Assembly: GCF_006345805.1 (NCBI RefSeq)
Contig: NC_043013.1
Location: 56,854,001 to 56,918,000 of the forward strand
From: Octopus sinensis
Taxonomy: Eukaryota
DNA: 64,000 nt
Direction of reading: 5' to 3'
Positions 27,130-38,544 of this stretch are shown here, one piece after another. The first letter of the stretch is position 1; each line of letters starts with the position of its first letter. Both the position numbers and the translations under genes were made by a program. The notes below the pieces were generated by a model. It was given only the letters and a program-made list of their open reading frames with translations. It was not told the origin of the DNA and made no database searches.

Positions 27130-28864
27130 TAGACAGAGAGAGAGAGAGAGAGAGATAGAGAGATAAATAGACAGACAGACAGACAGATAGATAGATAGAT
27201 AGATAGATAGATAACATTTTATTGTGGCCACACAGGGCTAAACAGAACAAATGGACGAAATACAATGTAGAGTTTTTCTTTTCAAGGTGGGATTGGTGGG
27301 ACACACAAAGAAAAACGTTCGATCAATAGGGATCTGTGGGTTATGTGGTGTATAAAAAGCAATATATATAAAGTTCCCCCAGAAAGAGGGCGGGGGGATC
27401 GCTATTGTTCACAGTTTAGGTGTAGCCTTGGAAAGAAAAACCTACAAAAAAGACCAAGGTCACCTCAGACAGTTCGAAAAAGTACACATGAGCAAGTCGC
27501 CTTACTTCTCGTTGTTTCTTTTGGTTACAGATTTACGCTTAAAATGGTGTCGTCTTTCATACTGACCATTTTTGCCACTTTTACCCACTTTTTATTGAAA
27601 CATTCATTCGACAAAGCCTTCCTCCCTATTCTCATCCTCCTTTTCAAGTGGTACTTGAAAAAGTTGACGAGAGACTGACCAGAGAGGAAAGTGTTTGTTT
27701 GTAGCCCTTTCAAACGCGTCCACCACACACATTCTTTCGCCATCGGCACCAGTGTTACGAAAACCGTTTTCCCTTCCCGTTTAAAGGAAGGTGGTGGAAA
27801 ATATTCACGATAGACTCGGCCGATAAGCGGGCCCGTCCTACACGCGACAACAGCTGTTCGACGAAGGTCCACAGCTCTTAAATATCTGAACACAGCACGA
27901 GCGCGTGCAGAACGGTTTCATCGTTCTGACCGCATCTCGGGCAGGTCGGTCCGGTGGTGGTTTTCGAACCATGCCTGTAGCTCTTCTCTCGAACAAGTAG
28001 TGCGTCTCGATAGCATTGCCAAGCCAGGGATCTCTGGAAGTTATCCATAGGCCCCGGACCGAACGTCGCCTTGAAAAGGCGGGTTAGGAATTTCTCGTCG
28101 ACGCCCAGGTTTGCCCCGAGTGTGTCGTCGGACCTTCCCTCCACTAGTCCTCTATAGAACGCTTTAGTCGTTTGTAAGTTGCAGTCTCAGCGCATGCCTG
28201 CGCATCATCAACCTCGGCATGCCCAGTCCTCCATTCAACGGATGTTGACAGCAAATGGACTTCCTCACCATCGGAACGCCACCCTTCCACAGGAGGCGGA
28301 AGAGTATGGGCTCCAGTTTGGTGATGGTGGCGTCGGGACAAGGCACGACGGTCAGGCGGTAATCGATGACGGATGCGATGTACGCGTTCGCCACCTCCGC
28401 CCGACCATTTAGAGACAGCTTTCTCTCAGCCCATGTTTGGCTGAGAGCGACCACTCTACTCGTGATCTCGTCCCAGTTCTTATCCATTTGGAGGTCCGGA
28501 CTGAACCAGACCCCGAGCAATTTAACTGGTCCGTCCGTCCAGCATCCCACTACTGAGTCGCAGTTGGACGGTATGGGCTTGCTTCTCCAGGTGCCGAGTA
28601 GCAAACCCACTGACTTTTCCGGGTTAATTTTCGCTCCCGTCACCGTTTCGTATTCTTTTAGTGTCACGCCTATCATCTGGATGTGTTTTTCGCTCGACAC
28701 TATGAAGGTGACATCGTCCGCATATGCCTGTTGTTGTTATATAAATATAATGTATTGAGTATTAAAGGAAGTAGTGAGTACTTAGTATGAAAGATTAAGA
28801 AAATGAGAGAGACTGAAAAAACGTGTTAACGATACGAGATACTTTATTAGACTGCCGTTGTTGT

Positions 28865-29175
28865 ACAACAAGATTTTTTGATCTACACGAAATAAATGAT
28901 TGCCAGTCAAAAACCGTAATCAAAAAATTAAAAGAAACTTTTGCTAAATTCGGAATTCCGCAAACAGTTGTAAGTGACAACGGTCCAGAATTCAATTCGG
29001 CTGAATTCAAAAAATTTGCAAAAAATTGGCATTTTCATCACACGAAGACAAGCCCGCATTATCATCAAGCGAATGGCATGGTTGAGAGAAATATACTGAC
29101 AATAAAAAAGACGCTAAAAAAGGCATTCAAGAGTGGCGAAGAACCTCAGTTAGCGCTCTTAGCATTACGCAATTA
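28865..29175 (+). pseudogene. Inverted integrase catalytic core (DDE)
   Basis: TTRFFDL..FAKFGIPQTVVSDNGPEF..TSPHYHQANGMVER..LLALRN on the strand opposite to pol. Confidence 0.9.
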
Positions 29176-31216
29176 TTGTGACATACGAATTTCCAGACAG
29201 GTGAAATACGTCTGTACCCACTTTGGTCCATGGTGTAGTAGGTATTTCACGATTTATTAGTGGTTCGGCTGATTGTTGGTTTTTGTAGTGGATGCAGCAT
29301 GAGCATGTGTTAATCATGTCTTTGATTTGAGCGTTAATGCCGGGCCAGTATATACATTCCTTGGCTCTCTCTATGCATTTTTCGATACCCATGTGTCCGG
29401 TATGTATTTCCTGTAGAGCTTCTCTATGTAATGACTTAGGTACAATTATTCTTGAACCTTTTAGAACGAGACCATTGACGATTGATATTTCATCACGAAC
29501 GGATACGAATGGTTTGATGTTTATTGGTATTTTGTCTTTTGGGGGCCATTCTGTTCTTGTATATGTGATGAGTGTCTGTAGTGACGGGTCGTCTGCAGTG
29601 GCTTCTTTATACTCGTTTAATTTAGTGTCGGTTATGGGGTAATTTTTTATTACTGCATGTATGTGCGATTTCATATCTTCGTCTGATACTTCTGGAGTAT
29701 TTTGCTCAAGGTATGCACGTGATAGGGTATCTGCAACAATTGATTCTTTACCAGGTATGTGGTTTAGGTCAAAATCATATCTTTGTAATGTTAGTAGAAA
29801 TCTTTGGATTCTGGGGGGGCATTTAGTGATCGATTTTTTGAATATTTGCTTCAACGGTTTATGGTCATTTTCGATTCTGAAATGAGTTCCGTATATAAAC
29901 TGATGAAATTTCTTGCATGCGAAAACTATACTGAGAGCTTCGCTCTCTATCGGACAGTAGTTTTGTTCTGCTTGAGTTGTTGCACGAGATGCAAACGAAA
30001 AAGGTAGCCATCTTTCGTTGTGTTTCTGCTCAAGTATCGCTCCGAGCCCATGCTTACTAGCATCTGTAGTTATTTTTATTGGTAGATCTGGATTATAAAA
30101 TTGTAGAACTGGTTTTCTGGTAATCATTTCTTTTAGCTTTTTTATTGCTTCGATTTGTGGTTTGTCGAATGACCATAACGTGTCACTCTGTAGAAGCTGG
30201 CGTAATGGTGCTGTAACTTCGGAGTAATTAGATAAAAATTTACATAGGTAATTTGTCATACCTAGGAATCTTTGTAATTCTTTTTTACTTGTTGGCAGTG
30301 GCATGTGAATGATTGCTTGTACTTTGGTTGGATCTTGTTTTATCCCTTCGCTGGTTAATAGATGCCCAAGGTACTTGATTTGTGATTCATAGAAGATACA
30401 CTTTGATTTATTTAACTTTAATCCGTGCTTTCGGATTCGATCGAAAACTTGTTGTAGTCTATTTGTGTGTTCTTCTAAAGTGCTGGACCAGATTATAATG
30501 TCATCCTGTGAATTTCTTGCTCCTTCTATGCCCTCTATTATTTTTGCAATTTCTTTTTGGAAAACTTCACTGGCGCTGTGAATTCCAAAGGGTAGTCGTG
30601 AGAAGCGATACCTTCCAAAAGGTGTGTTGAACGTTAACAGATGGGAGCTTTCTTCGTCAACTGGAATTTGCCAGTATCCATTAGATGCATCGAGTTTCGA
30701 AAAATATTTAGGGTTATGCATTTGTGCAAAAATGTCCTCCGCTGTAGGGAGTTTGAAATGTTGCCTTTTTATGGCTTTGTTTAGATTCTTGGGGTCTAAA
30801 CAGAGTCGGAGTTTTCCGTTGGCTTTTTCAACGATGACTAGGGAATTTACCCAGTCTGTAGGTTCACTAACAGGTTTTATGATACCTAATTCTGTCATTC
30901 TTTTTAATTCTTTGTTGAGTTTTTCTTTTATAGAAAAAGGAACCGATTTTGGTGGATGAATTACAGGAGTTATTTGTGGATCCACTGTGATATGATGTGT
31001 TATTGACAAAGTGCCGATTTCTCCGAAACAGTCTTCATATTTTTCTAATATGTCGTTTGTGTTCGACGAATTTATTTTTGAAATTCTCTGAATCAGGTTC
31101 AGATCTTTAGCTGTCTTTGCATCTATAACTGCGTGCGAGTTTGTTTTTGCAACAATGAATTTTATTTGTTTTGATAATTCTTTGTATTTAATGACTGCTG
31201 TGCATTTTCCTAGCAC
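29165..31216 (-). CDS. pol: Gypsy pol (RT, RNase H, integrase zinc finger), truncated by the inversion
   Basis: LRLCLDP, LDASNGYWQIP, RLPFG, SQDDIII, FLGMTNY, TDASKHGLGA, ENDHKPL, HTGHMG..C..C, PWTKVGTDVF. Confidence 0.93.
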   Translation of the reverse strand: MLGKCTAVIKYKELSKQIKFIVAKTNSHAVIDAKTAKDLNLIQRISKINSSNTNDILEKYEDCFGEIGTLSITHHITVDPQITPVIHPPKSVPFSIKEKLNKELKRMTELGIIKPVSEPTDWVNSLVIVEKANGKLRLCLDPKNLNKAIKRQHFKLPTAEDIFAQMHNPKYFSKLDASNGYWQIPVDEESSHLLTFNTPFGRYRFSRLPFGIHSASEVFQKEIAKIIEGIEGARNSQDDIIIWSSTLEEHTNRLQQVFDRIRKHGLKLNKSKCIFYESQIKYLGHLLTSEGIKQDPTKVQAIIHMPLPTSKKELQRFLGMTNYLCKFLSNYSEVTAPLRQLLQSDTLWSFDKPQIEAIKKLKEMITRKPVLQFYNPDLPIKITTDASKHGLGAILEQKHNERWLPFSFASRATTQAEQNYCPIESEALSIVFACKKFHQFIYGTHFRIENDHKPLKQIFKKSITKCPPRIQRFLLTLQRYDFDLNHIPGKESIVADTLSRAYLEQNTPEVSDEDMKSHIHAVIKNYPITDTKLNEYKEATADDPSLQTLITYTRTEWPPKDKIPINIKPFVSVRDEISIVNGLVLKGSRIIVPKSLHREALQEIHTGHMGIEKCIERAKECIYWPGINAQIKDMINTCSCCIHYKNQQSAEPLINREIPTTPWTKVGTDVFHLSGNSYVTIIA

Positions 31217-31240
31217 TTTTATAGCTGTGTTATTGTAAGT

Positions 31241-32332
31241 TTATAATCGAGTTGAGGTTTTTTGCAGTTGTGGTTTTGGAATTATATTTCTATATTCTCT
31301 GAATGGCAGTACGGTTACGTCTGCTCCAGTATCAATTTTGAATGTTACATTCGAGTTGTTCACTTTTAGTTCGATCGTCCAAATGTCTTTTGGAGTCTTG
31401 AACTTTTCGATTTTGTGCACGCGGGAATTATTTGCAGTGATCATTTCGAGTACATGTGTATCGTCATCTGATTCATCGTCGGTATGTATCTCTACTTTAT
31501 GTACAAATTTTCTTGATTTGCACATTTTTGCGTAGTGTCCTTGTTTCTTGCATTTTTCACATGTCTTGTGAAATGCTGGGCATTTATTTCTTTTGTGATT
31601 ATAACCACACTAGTGACAGTTAGTGACGTAGTGATGACTTGGCGCTTGAAACTTCGCGGGTTTTCTGTCACTTCCGCCTTGTTCGTTTTGATGTCTGGAT
31701 TGCATATGGCGAGTTATTTGAGTTTTGGCGCCTTTTCTGTCGTGTTGACTATATACCCTCGAGATTTCGTTATCTCTTGTTTCGGATGTGGCATTTAGCA
31801 TCCTTGATTGGAGTCGTGTTTGCTCTGCACTCTGACCTGCTTAAATTGTTTTTTGTAAGTCTAAATTTGGTTCTCTCAATAATCTTTCTCTTAATCTCAT
31901 GTCTCTGATTCCACATATCAAAATATGTTTGGTGAGACTGTCTGTGAGGTTGCCGAATTCGCACTGTTGTGCCTTTTGGCGCAACTCTATCACGTACTCA
32001 TCGAATTTTTGATGTTCCGCTTGTCCACACGTGAAGAATTTGTGTCTCAGGAAAGTTATGTTTTTCCTGGGTTCACAATATGCATCGAATTTTTCGATTA
32101 CTGTTTGAAGGTTCATTTCTTCGTCGGGTGAATCGAAATCCAGAGTGGAATGGATGTCTCGGCCTTTGGAACCGATGCAAGTTAAAAACATCGAAGTTTT
32201 TACTTTGTCTGGCTTCATGTCACTTTCTGTTGCTATCAAAAAGAAATTGAATTCTTTTTTCCACTTTTTCCATGCTGCGGCTAGATTTTCCTGATTAAAG
32301 TCTAGGTCTTTTGGATGCGGTAAATTTTCCAT
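31241..32332 (-). pseudogene. gag: Gypsy gag-protease region with frameshifts and stops
   Basis: AAAWKKWKKEFNFFLIA..FLTCIG; tandem knuckles C..CGYNH..KC and CEKCKKQGHYAKMC; protease IDTGADVT. Confidence 0.85.
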
Positions 32333-35300
32333 TTCGTCTTTGAAGTATGATTTCAACTTCTTTTTTCTTTTGGTTTCTGTATTTTGGGTTCTTTTAGTAT
32401 TCTGACACCATGTTGTTGTTATATAAATATAATATATTGAGTATTAAAGGAAGTAGTGAGTACTTAGTATGAAAGATTAAGAAAATGAGAGAGACTGAAA
32501 AAACGTGTTAACGATACGAGATACTTTATTAGACTGCCGTTGTTGTACAAGGTATTTGTTGTGGCGGGAAACTTACTGAATGTCCTTGTATCAAGGGAGA
32601 CAATGGGCAACGTTGATTGTTCATGTTTGTTGTGATGATTACATAACAATGCCGACACGCTTGTCCCGCAACCCAGTTCCCGTGGGATGCCCCTCAGTGT
32701 CGCCAGCTTCCGCAGTAGCAGCTCGAGAGTCAATACATACAGAAGCACCGACAGGAGACATCCGTGACGGACCGAACGCGTGATGTCAAACGGTTTCGAC
32801 AGGTGACCGTTCACCCGAACTACCGATCGGATGCCGCTATACAAGGCAGCGATCCAACCGCGGAAGACGGGACCGAAGCCAGCCACCCTGAGGACGGCCA
32901 CCAAGTACCGATGGTCGACCCTATCGAAGGCTTTACACTGATCCAAATTGATCAGCGCCCCACCAATGCCAGGATCCTTAACTACCCTGTCCACGATATA
33001 GCGCATCAGATGGAGGTTTTCATGTATGGTTCTGCCCGGCACGGCGCATGTTTGCGCCCTGTCGACCAGTTTACCAATGACAATCGCCAACCTCTCGGCT
33101 ATTACTTTGGCCAAAATTTCCAAATCCGCGTTGAGCAGAGTGATGGGCCTGAAATTATCTATAAAATTCCCCTTGTTTGGGTCTTTCTTCAGCACCTCGG
33201 CTCACGAAACCGGGGATTCTCCCGTTTTGTTGCCAGTTGCAGTAGACTGATGCCAAGAGGTCGCCAAACAAGTCTGGCATTTGACAATACAGCTCGTAGG
33301 GTAGACCATCCAATCCAGACGACTTATCCCTCGCACAGCTCGCTTTCGCATCCCGCACGTCGGCGGCGGTGATGGGATTTTCACAACACTCCGCTTCCCT
33401 TGCCGAGAGCCGCGGCAGGTCGGTCAGGTAGGCACTGAAATCCATTCCGCGTTCCTACCCACCACTCGCACCAAACAGTCGAGCAAAGTGCTGTTGAAAG
33501 GCTTCACACATCCTTTCGGGTTCGAGTAAACTGCATCCCTGTTGATCTATTAGAGACCGAATGGTGGCTCTGTTTCCACGTTGCGCCTCCGCTACCCGGG
33601 CCTCTCGTGCAGCTTCGATCTCTTCGTTCCTTAAGGCACGCATTTTAGCTCTGACGACGCAACCTTCGTGTTTGGCGTTGAGATGTTGGTCGAGTGTCAT
33701 CCTCGCAGCCAGCACGTTGGCTGCGCTGCCAGGAGTAAGTGCCTCTTCTAGTTTCTTAACCAATTCTCCCTCTACTCTATTTCGATCTATCGCTAATTCC
33801 TTGCTAAACCTAATTGATTCCGATTTTATTGCCATTTTCAGGGCGAACCACCAGCGGTTGTTAACGATGGCTCCCATCAACGCCCTCTTAATTAACTCGC
33901 TAATCCGGTTCCTGTAAACCTGTCGCGCTAAGAGCGACGTGTTCAGTTTCCAGTAACCGGGATCCTGTCTATGTGTTTTATCTAAGTCGAGCGTACACGT
34001 CACAAATTTGTGATCTGTGTAGCTGACTATTTTAAATTGTGGACATCCTACACTATCCCTATCCTCTGTCATGCATAGAATTCTATCTAGATAAGTTCTC
34101 GACGATCCGACGCGGTTTGACCAAGTCCACGTTGGCACATTGGGATGGTCGAGTCGGAACTTGTCAGACAAATGGAAACGTCTGAGCAGGTCTTTGAGGC
34201 ACTTACACCCCCTTCTATTCCTATCCATTCCCACATAGTCCAGATGCGTGTCCAAGGTAGCGTTTCAATCCCCTACTAACAGTAAAGGTCTAGACGTACC
34301 CAGGAAAACCTCTAGACGTCTGAAGAAATCTGCCCGACCCGTTAAGGACTGTGCATAAACTGCCATCAGACGGAATGCAAACCCATTTCTGCCATCCACG
34401 TCCAAGACAACCAGCCTACCCTCCGGGTCTAGAATATTGTTCTTACTTTTACATTTAGACTCTTTCGAAAAAGCACCGCGGTACTCCCACCACCCATGTT
34501 CGGCAGACAGGGAGAAAAATAAATGTCGAATTGACCGCCAAACATGGACGCGAGGGCCCGCGGCTTGCTGAGTCTGGTTTCACTGATAGCTATTATCAGT
34601 TCAGTGACTTGATGTCGTTTAGAATGTAACCTTGCTTCCAAGCCGACGCCAAGCCACGCACATTCACACAACCTAATTTAAGCATAATTGATGTTTAAGA
34701 AATTTGTGTTTCACACACTACATTGAAAGAGGCAAGAGGGAAGGTCACTTACTCATTTCGAAAGTTTGAGTTTTTTCTTCTTTTGAAATGTCTTTGAGGA
34801 GGTGTTTGTAAAGTTTTTTAGACAAGTACTTTTGAAACCCCCCGACTGCATTTGGAAAGACGGTTGTGAGTGTGTGGTGCTGTGTTTGTGTGATGTGTAC
34901 AATTTTTATGTATGTCGGTGGTGTAGTGTGTGGATGATTATCTACTTTAAAGTCATCTTCACAAATGTTTGTGTTAGATGCAATGTATTCCATTAGTTTT
35001 TTATTGTCCGTGTCTATTGCTGTTAGATGTGAGTGTGGTTTAGCGGGGTCGTTGATGGTTGATTGTCTAAGAGGCTGTAAGGAGTTAAATATCTCCCTGC
35101 TTTACTTGCTTGTTTGGTGGGCTTTTTTGATTTTTTCCTTTTACCCACTGTGGCTATTTGCCATTCCGTCGAACTTTCGTCGTTAGACGAAGAGTCTGAC
35201 GAATCAGAAAGGGGTAAAGGCAAAGCATTTGCGTTAATATGTATGTTTGTAGAATGTGTTTGTGTTGTTGTGGTGTTAGAGGTAGAATTTGTCTTCTCGT

Positions 35301-37095
35301 CACTGTTATCTGTTTTCTTAGTTGTCATCCTTGGTGCTGGTGTTGGTCTGTCTTTTGATGTTGGTTGTGGTTTTGCTTCTTTATTTGGTTGCGACGTCAG
35401 TGGTAATTGTGGTGGTGCTGTTTCTTTTCTTGGTGATGTTGTTGGGGTTTGTTTGCTAGTTTGTTGTTGTTCTTGGCGTTGTTCCATATTTCTATATAAT
35501 TCTTGTATCAGTTGTGGGTTTGGTGGTGTTGGTAGAAGAGGTTGTTTTGTATTTGTTTTCTGGTTTGTTTTTTCTTGTTTTTTCTGTCCATAAACGCACT
35601 TTGCGATTAAGTGGTCTGGGCTGCCACGGCGGTAACATCGTGCTTTTTTACCCTCCGCCACCACTTACAGGCTTTGGCCATTTTTCAAATATATAATATC
35701 GGGTAACTTTTGAATTGAGCTCTCCTCTATTTGGATTTTGACTTCTGTTGATTTCCCACTCCAATTATTATTTTTTACAACGGCGACTTCTAAAATGTTA
35801 ATTGATTTTAAATGATAACATATCACCGATGTTATCCATTTGGGTTGGATTTCGGGCGGAACATTTTTTATTTTTATCTTACTCACTCTTTGTCCCATGT
35901 AGTATGGGACCATGACGAGTTCTTCATCTTGTAATGTCTCCGTAGAGTGAGCTTTTGCCTCTTCCTGATTATGGAAGCGGACCAGCACTGTATTAAATTG
36001 GGGACCCCAGTTTATGTATTGTTTGATTTTCATAATGTGTTTGGCACATTTTTCAATGTCTGCTTTTGTTACCTGTTCTGTTTTTTTTGGATTCTTTTTT
36101 ACATAATTCTATACAAAATTGTTCTCTTCTCCACATCTTCTTTCACATGCTGTGGTGTGTACAGAATTAAATTTTGTCCTGAAGTTGTGAAGAGTGAACG
36201 TGTCTCCACCAACTCTTCATTTGTGAAATGTACAATTTCTTTTTTTGACGCAGCGTGTCAGCGAAATTCACAGTTCTCTTCTGGCAGTTGTTGTCGTTGT
36301 GTGTTTTTGTTGTTTTGGATCAGAATTATTGTTGGTTGCTGTAGTGTTTGTAGCTTTTTCAGGGACTGTTACTTTTGTCTTGTTAATATTATCTTCACCA
36401 TTAATAGGTGAGATAATCAAATCTTGCGAAACATCATCGACATTTATATTTACTTCATTTATGTTGTTCTTATTCTTGTTGTTGTTGTGTCAGTGGAGGT
36501 TGTAGATGTGGTAGTTTTGGTGTTGGTGGTGGAGGTGTTGATTACTGTTTTATCATTCTTTGTGGCAGCGTCTTTGTTGACTGTCTTTCCCAAAGCAGGA
36601 AAATCCTCCTTAGAAAAAATCGCAGATTACTGCTCTACGATAAGATTTCTCGACATTTTTTAGCGAGAAATAAAAATCAATTGATGAAAATGCCCCTAGG
36701 GGCGAAGTCTACATTTAAAAAACACCCAAGCGAAAGTTGGGCGTTTGAAAAGTTGAAAACTCCGAAAATGTAAAACGTAAACAAATGGATGCAACAGAGA
36801 GAGAGAGAGAACAGCGTCTATGCGTTATGAGGAACGCTTCGGCGACGTTATGTAAAAACAAGCTATAGAAGCAAAATTTTTGATATCTAATCAAGGCTGA
36901 ATTTGCCCCTAAGGGCAAAATCCCCTGCGGAAAACACACCCAGGTGAAAACTGGGTGTCTTACTCACTCCGTGCGTGAAAATTTGAAACGAAATTTTAGC
37001 AAAAAACAATAAAAAAGGCGATTGACTTACGAGCCGATCCAACAATGAACACTATCGATCGAGATAGATAGATAGATAGATACATAGATAGATAC

Positions 37096-37191
<96 letters not shown>

Positions 37192-37194
37192 GAT

Positions 37195-37237
<43 letters not shown>

Positions 37238-37260
37238 TAGATAGAGATATAGATAGATAT

Positions 37261-37291
<31 letters not shown>

Positions 37292-37375
37292 CATACATAC
37301 ATACATACATAGATAGATAGATAAATAGATAGATACAGATATAGATAGAGATATAGATAGATAGATAGATAGATA

Positions 37376-38474
37376 TGTTTCTTTATTAGCCACACAGGGC
37401 TGCACACAGATAGAACAAATTACAAGGTAGAGTTTTTCTTTTGAAGGTATTAAAAAAAAAAAAAAAAAAAAAGGAAGGGGGAGGTTCGATCAAAAGGGAT
37501 CGTAAAAGGAGAGAGAGAGGACAAAAATAAGGGGGGTTAAAAAAAAAAAAAAAAGGGGGGGGGGAGAGGAAAAAAATGATCAATAGGGATCGTTATCACA
37601 GAAATGTCAATATGAAGTGTAAAGGGGAGGACAGGTGAGGTTTACCCGTGGAAAGAAAAGCCTGCGGAAAAGACCACGGTAACCTCGGTCAATGAAGTCA
37701 CATTTTATATTTCTTTTTTTTTTTTTTTTTTTTTGCAAATAAGCAACTCTCTGTTTTCGATTTCTGGGTTCATAGGACTATGCTCAAGGTGGCTTCATCA
37801 TTCATACGTGCCATTCTTGCTACATTCACCCATCTTTTTTTAAAACATTCGCTAGACAAAACTTGCCTCTCTACTCTCACTTTCCTTTTCAAGTGGTACT
37901 TGAAGAAGTTGATGAGAGATTGACCAGAGAGGAAAGTGTTTGTCTCCAATCCTTTCAGACGCGTCCACCAGATACATTCTTTCGCCATAGCCACAAGGAT
38001 GATGAAAATAGCTCTTCCTTCCCGTTTGAAGGAAGGAGGCGTGACAATATTGACGATAGACTCAGCTGATAAACCGACTCGTCCCACACGTGACAGCAGT
38101 TGTTCGACATAAGCCCACAGGTCGGAAATTGTTGGACACTGAACGAGTGCGTGCAGAACGGTTTCGTCGCTCTGACCGCATCTCGGGCAGGTCGGCCCCG
38201 TGTTTCTCGAGCCGTGTCTGTAGAGCTTATCCCGAACGGGTAGCGCTTCTCGGTAGCACTGCCAGGCCAGGGATCTCTGGAAGTTGTCCATGGGCCCTGG
38301 CCCGAAAGTCGTCCCGAACAGGCGGGTCAGGTACTCCTCGTCGACGTCCAGGTTCGCCCCGAGCTCGTCGTCGTACCTCCCCTCCACTAAACCCCTATAG
38401 AATGCTTTGGTTGTGTTGAAGTCACTTAAGGTCGACCCAGGACGGCAGAGTTGCTTGAGAGCAACGCGACACTC
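37376..38474 (-). mobile_element. 5'-truncated Tx1/L1-like LINE 3' end, flanked on both sides by (GATA)n
   Basis: Open ORF 37770-38474 with zinc-finger motif CPRCGQSDETVLHALVQC, homologous to 27525-28144; AATAAA plus (TATC)n tail. Confidence 0.92.

Positions 38475-38544
<70 letters not shown>

Larger units (their letters stand above)
28729..32648 (-). mobile_element. Ty3/Gypsy LTR retrotransposon (Mag-like) with 5-bp TSD ATGCC
   Basis: 5' LTR 32411-32648 (TG..CA), PBS TGGTGTCAGA at 32401-32410, partial 3' LTR 28729-28868 with one mismatch seen; TSD at 28724-28728 and 32649-32653. Confidence 0.95.
27214..37061 (-). mobile_element. Full-length degenerate Tx1/L1-like LINE flanked by (GATA)n, interrupted by a Gypsy element
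   Basis: 5'UTR 37061-36657; ORF1 ~36656-34745 (RRM-like region + CYR.GSPDHLIAKC knuckle); ORF2 from ATG 34685 (MLKLGCVNVRGL, ISETRL), RT (NFRPITLLNAD, LDQCKAFDRVDH, AYADDV) and C-terminal CPRC..ETVLHALV.C; AATAAA then (TATC)n tail. Confidence 0.92.
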
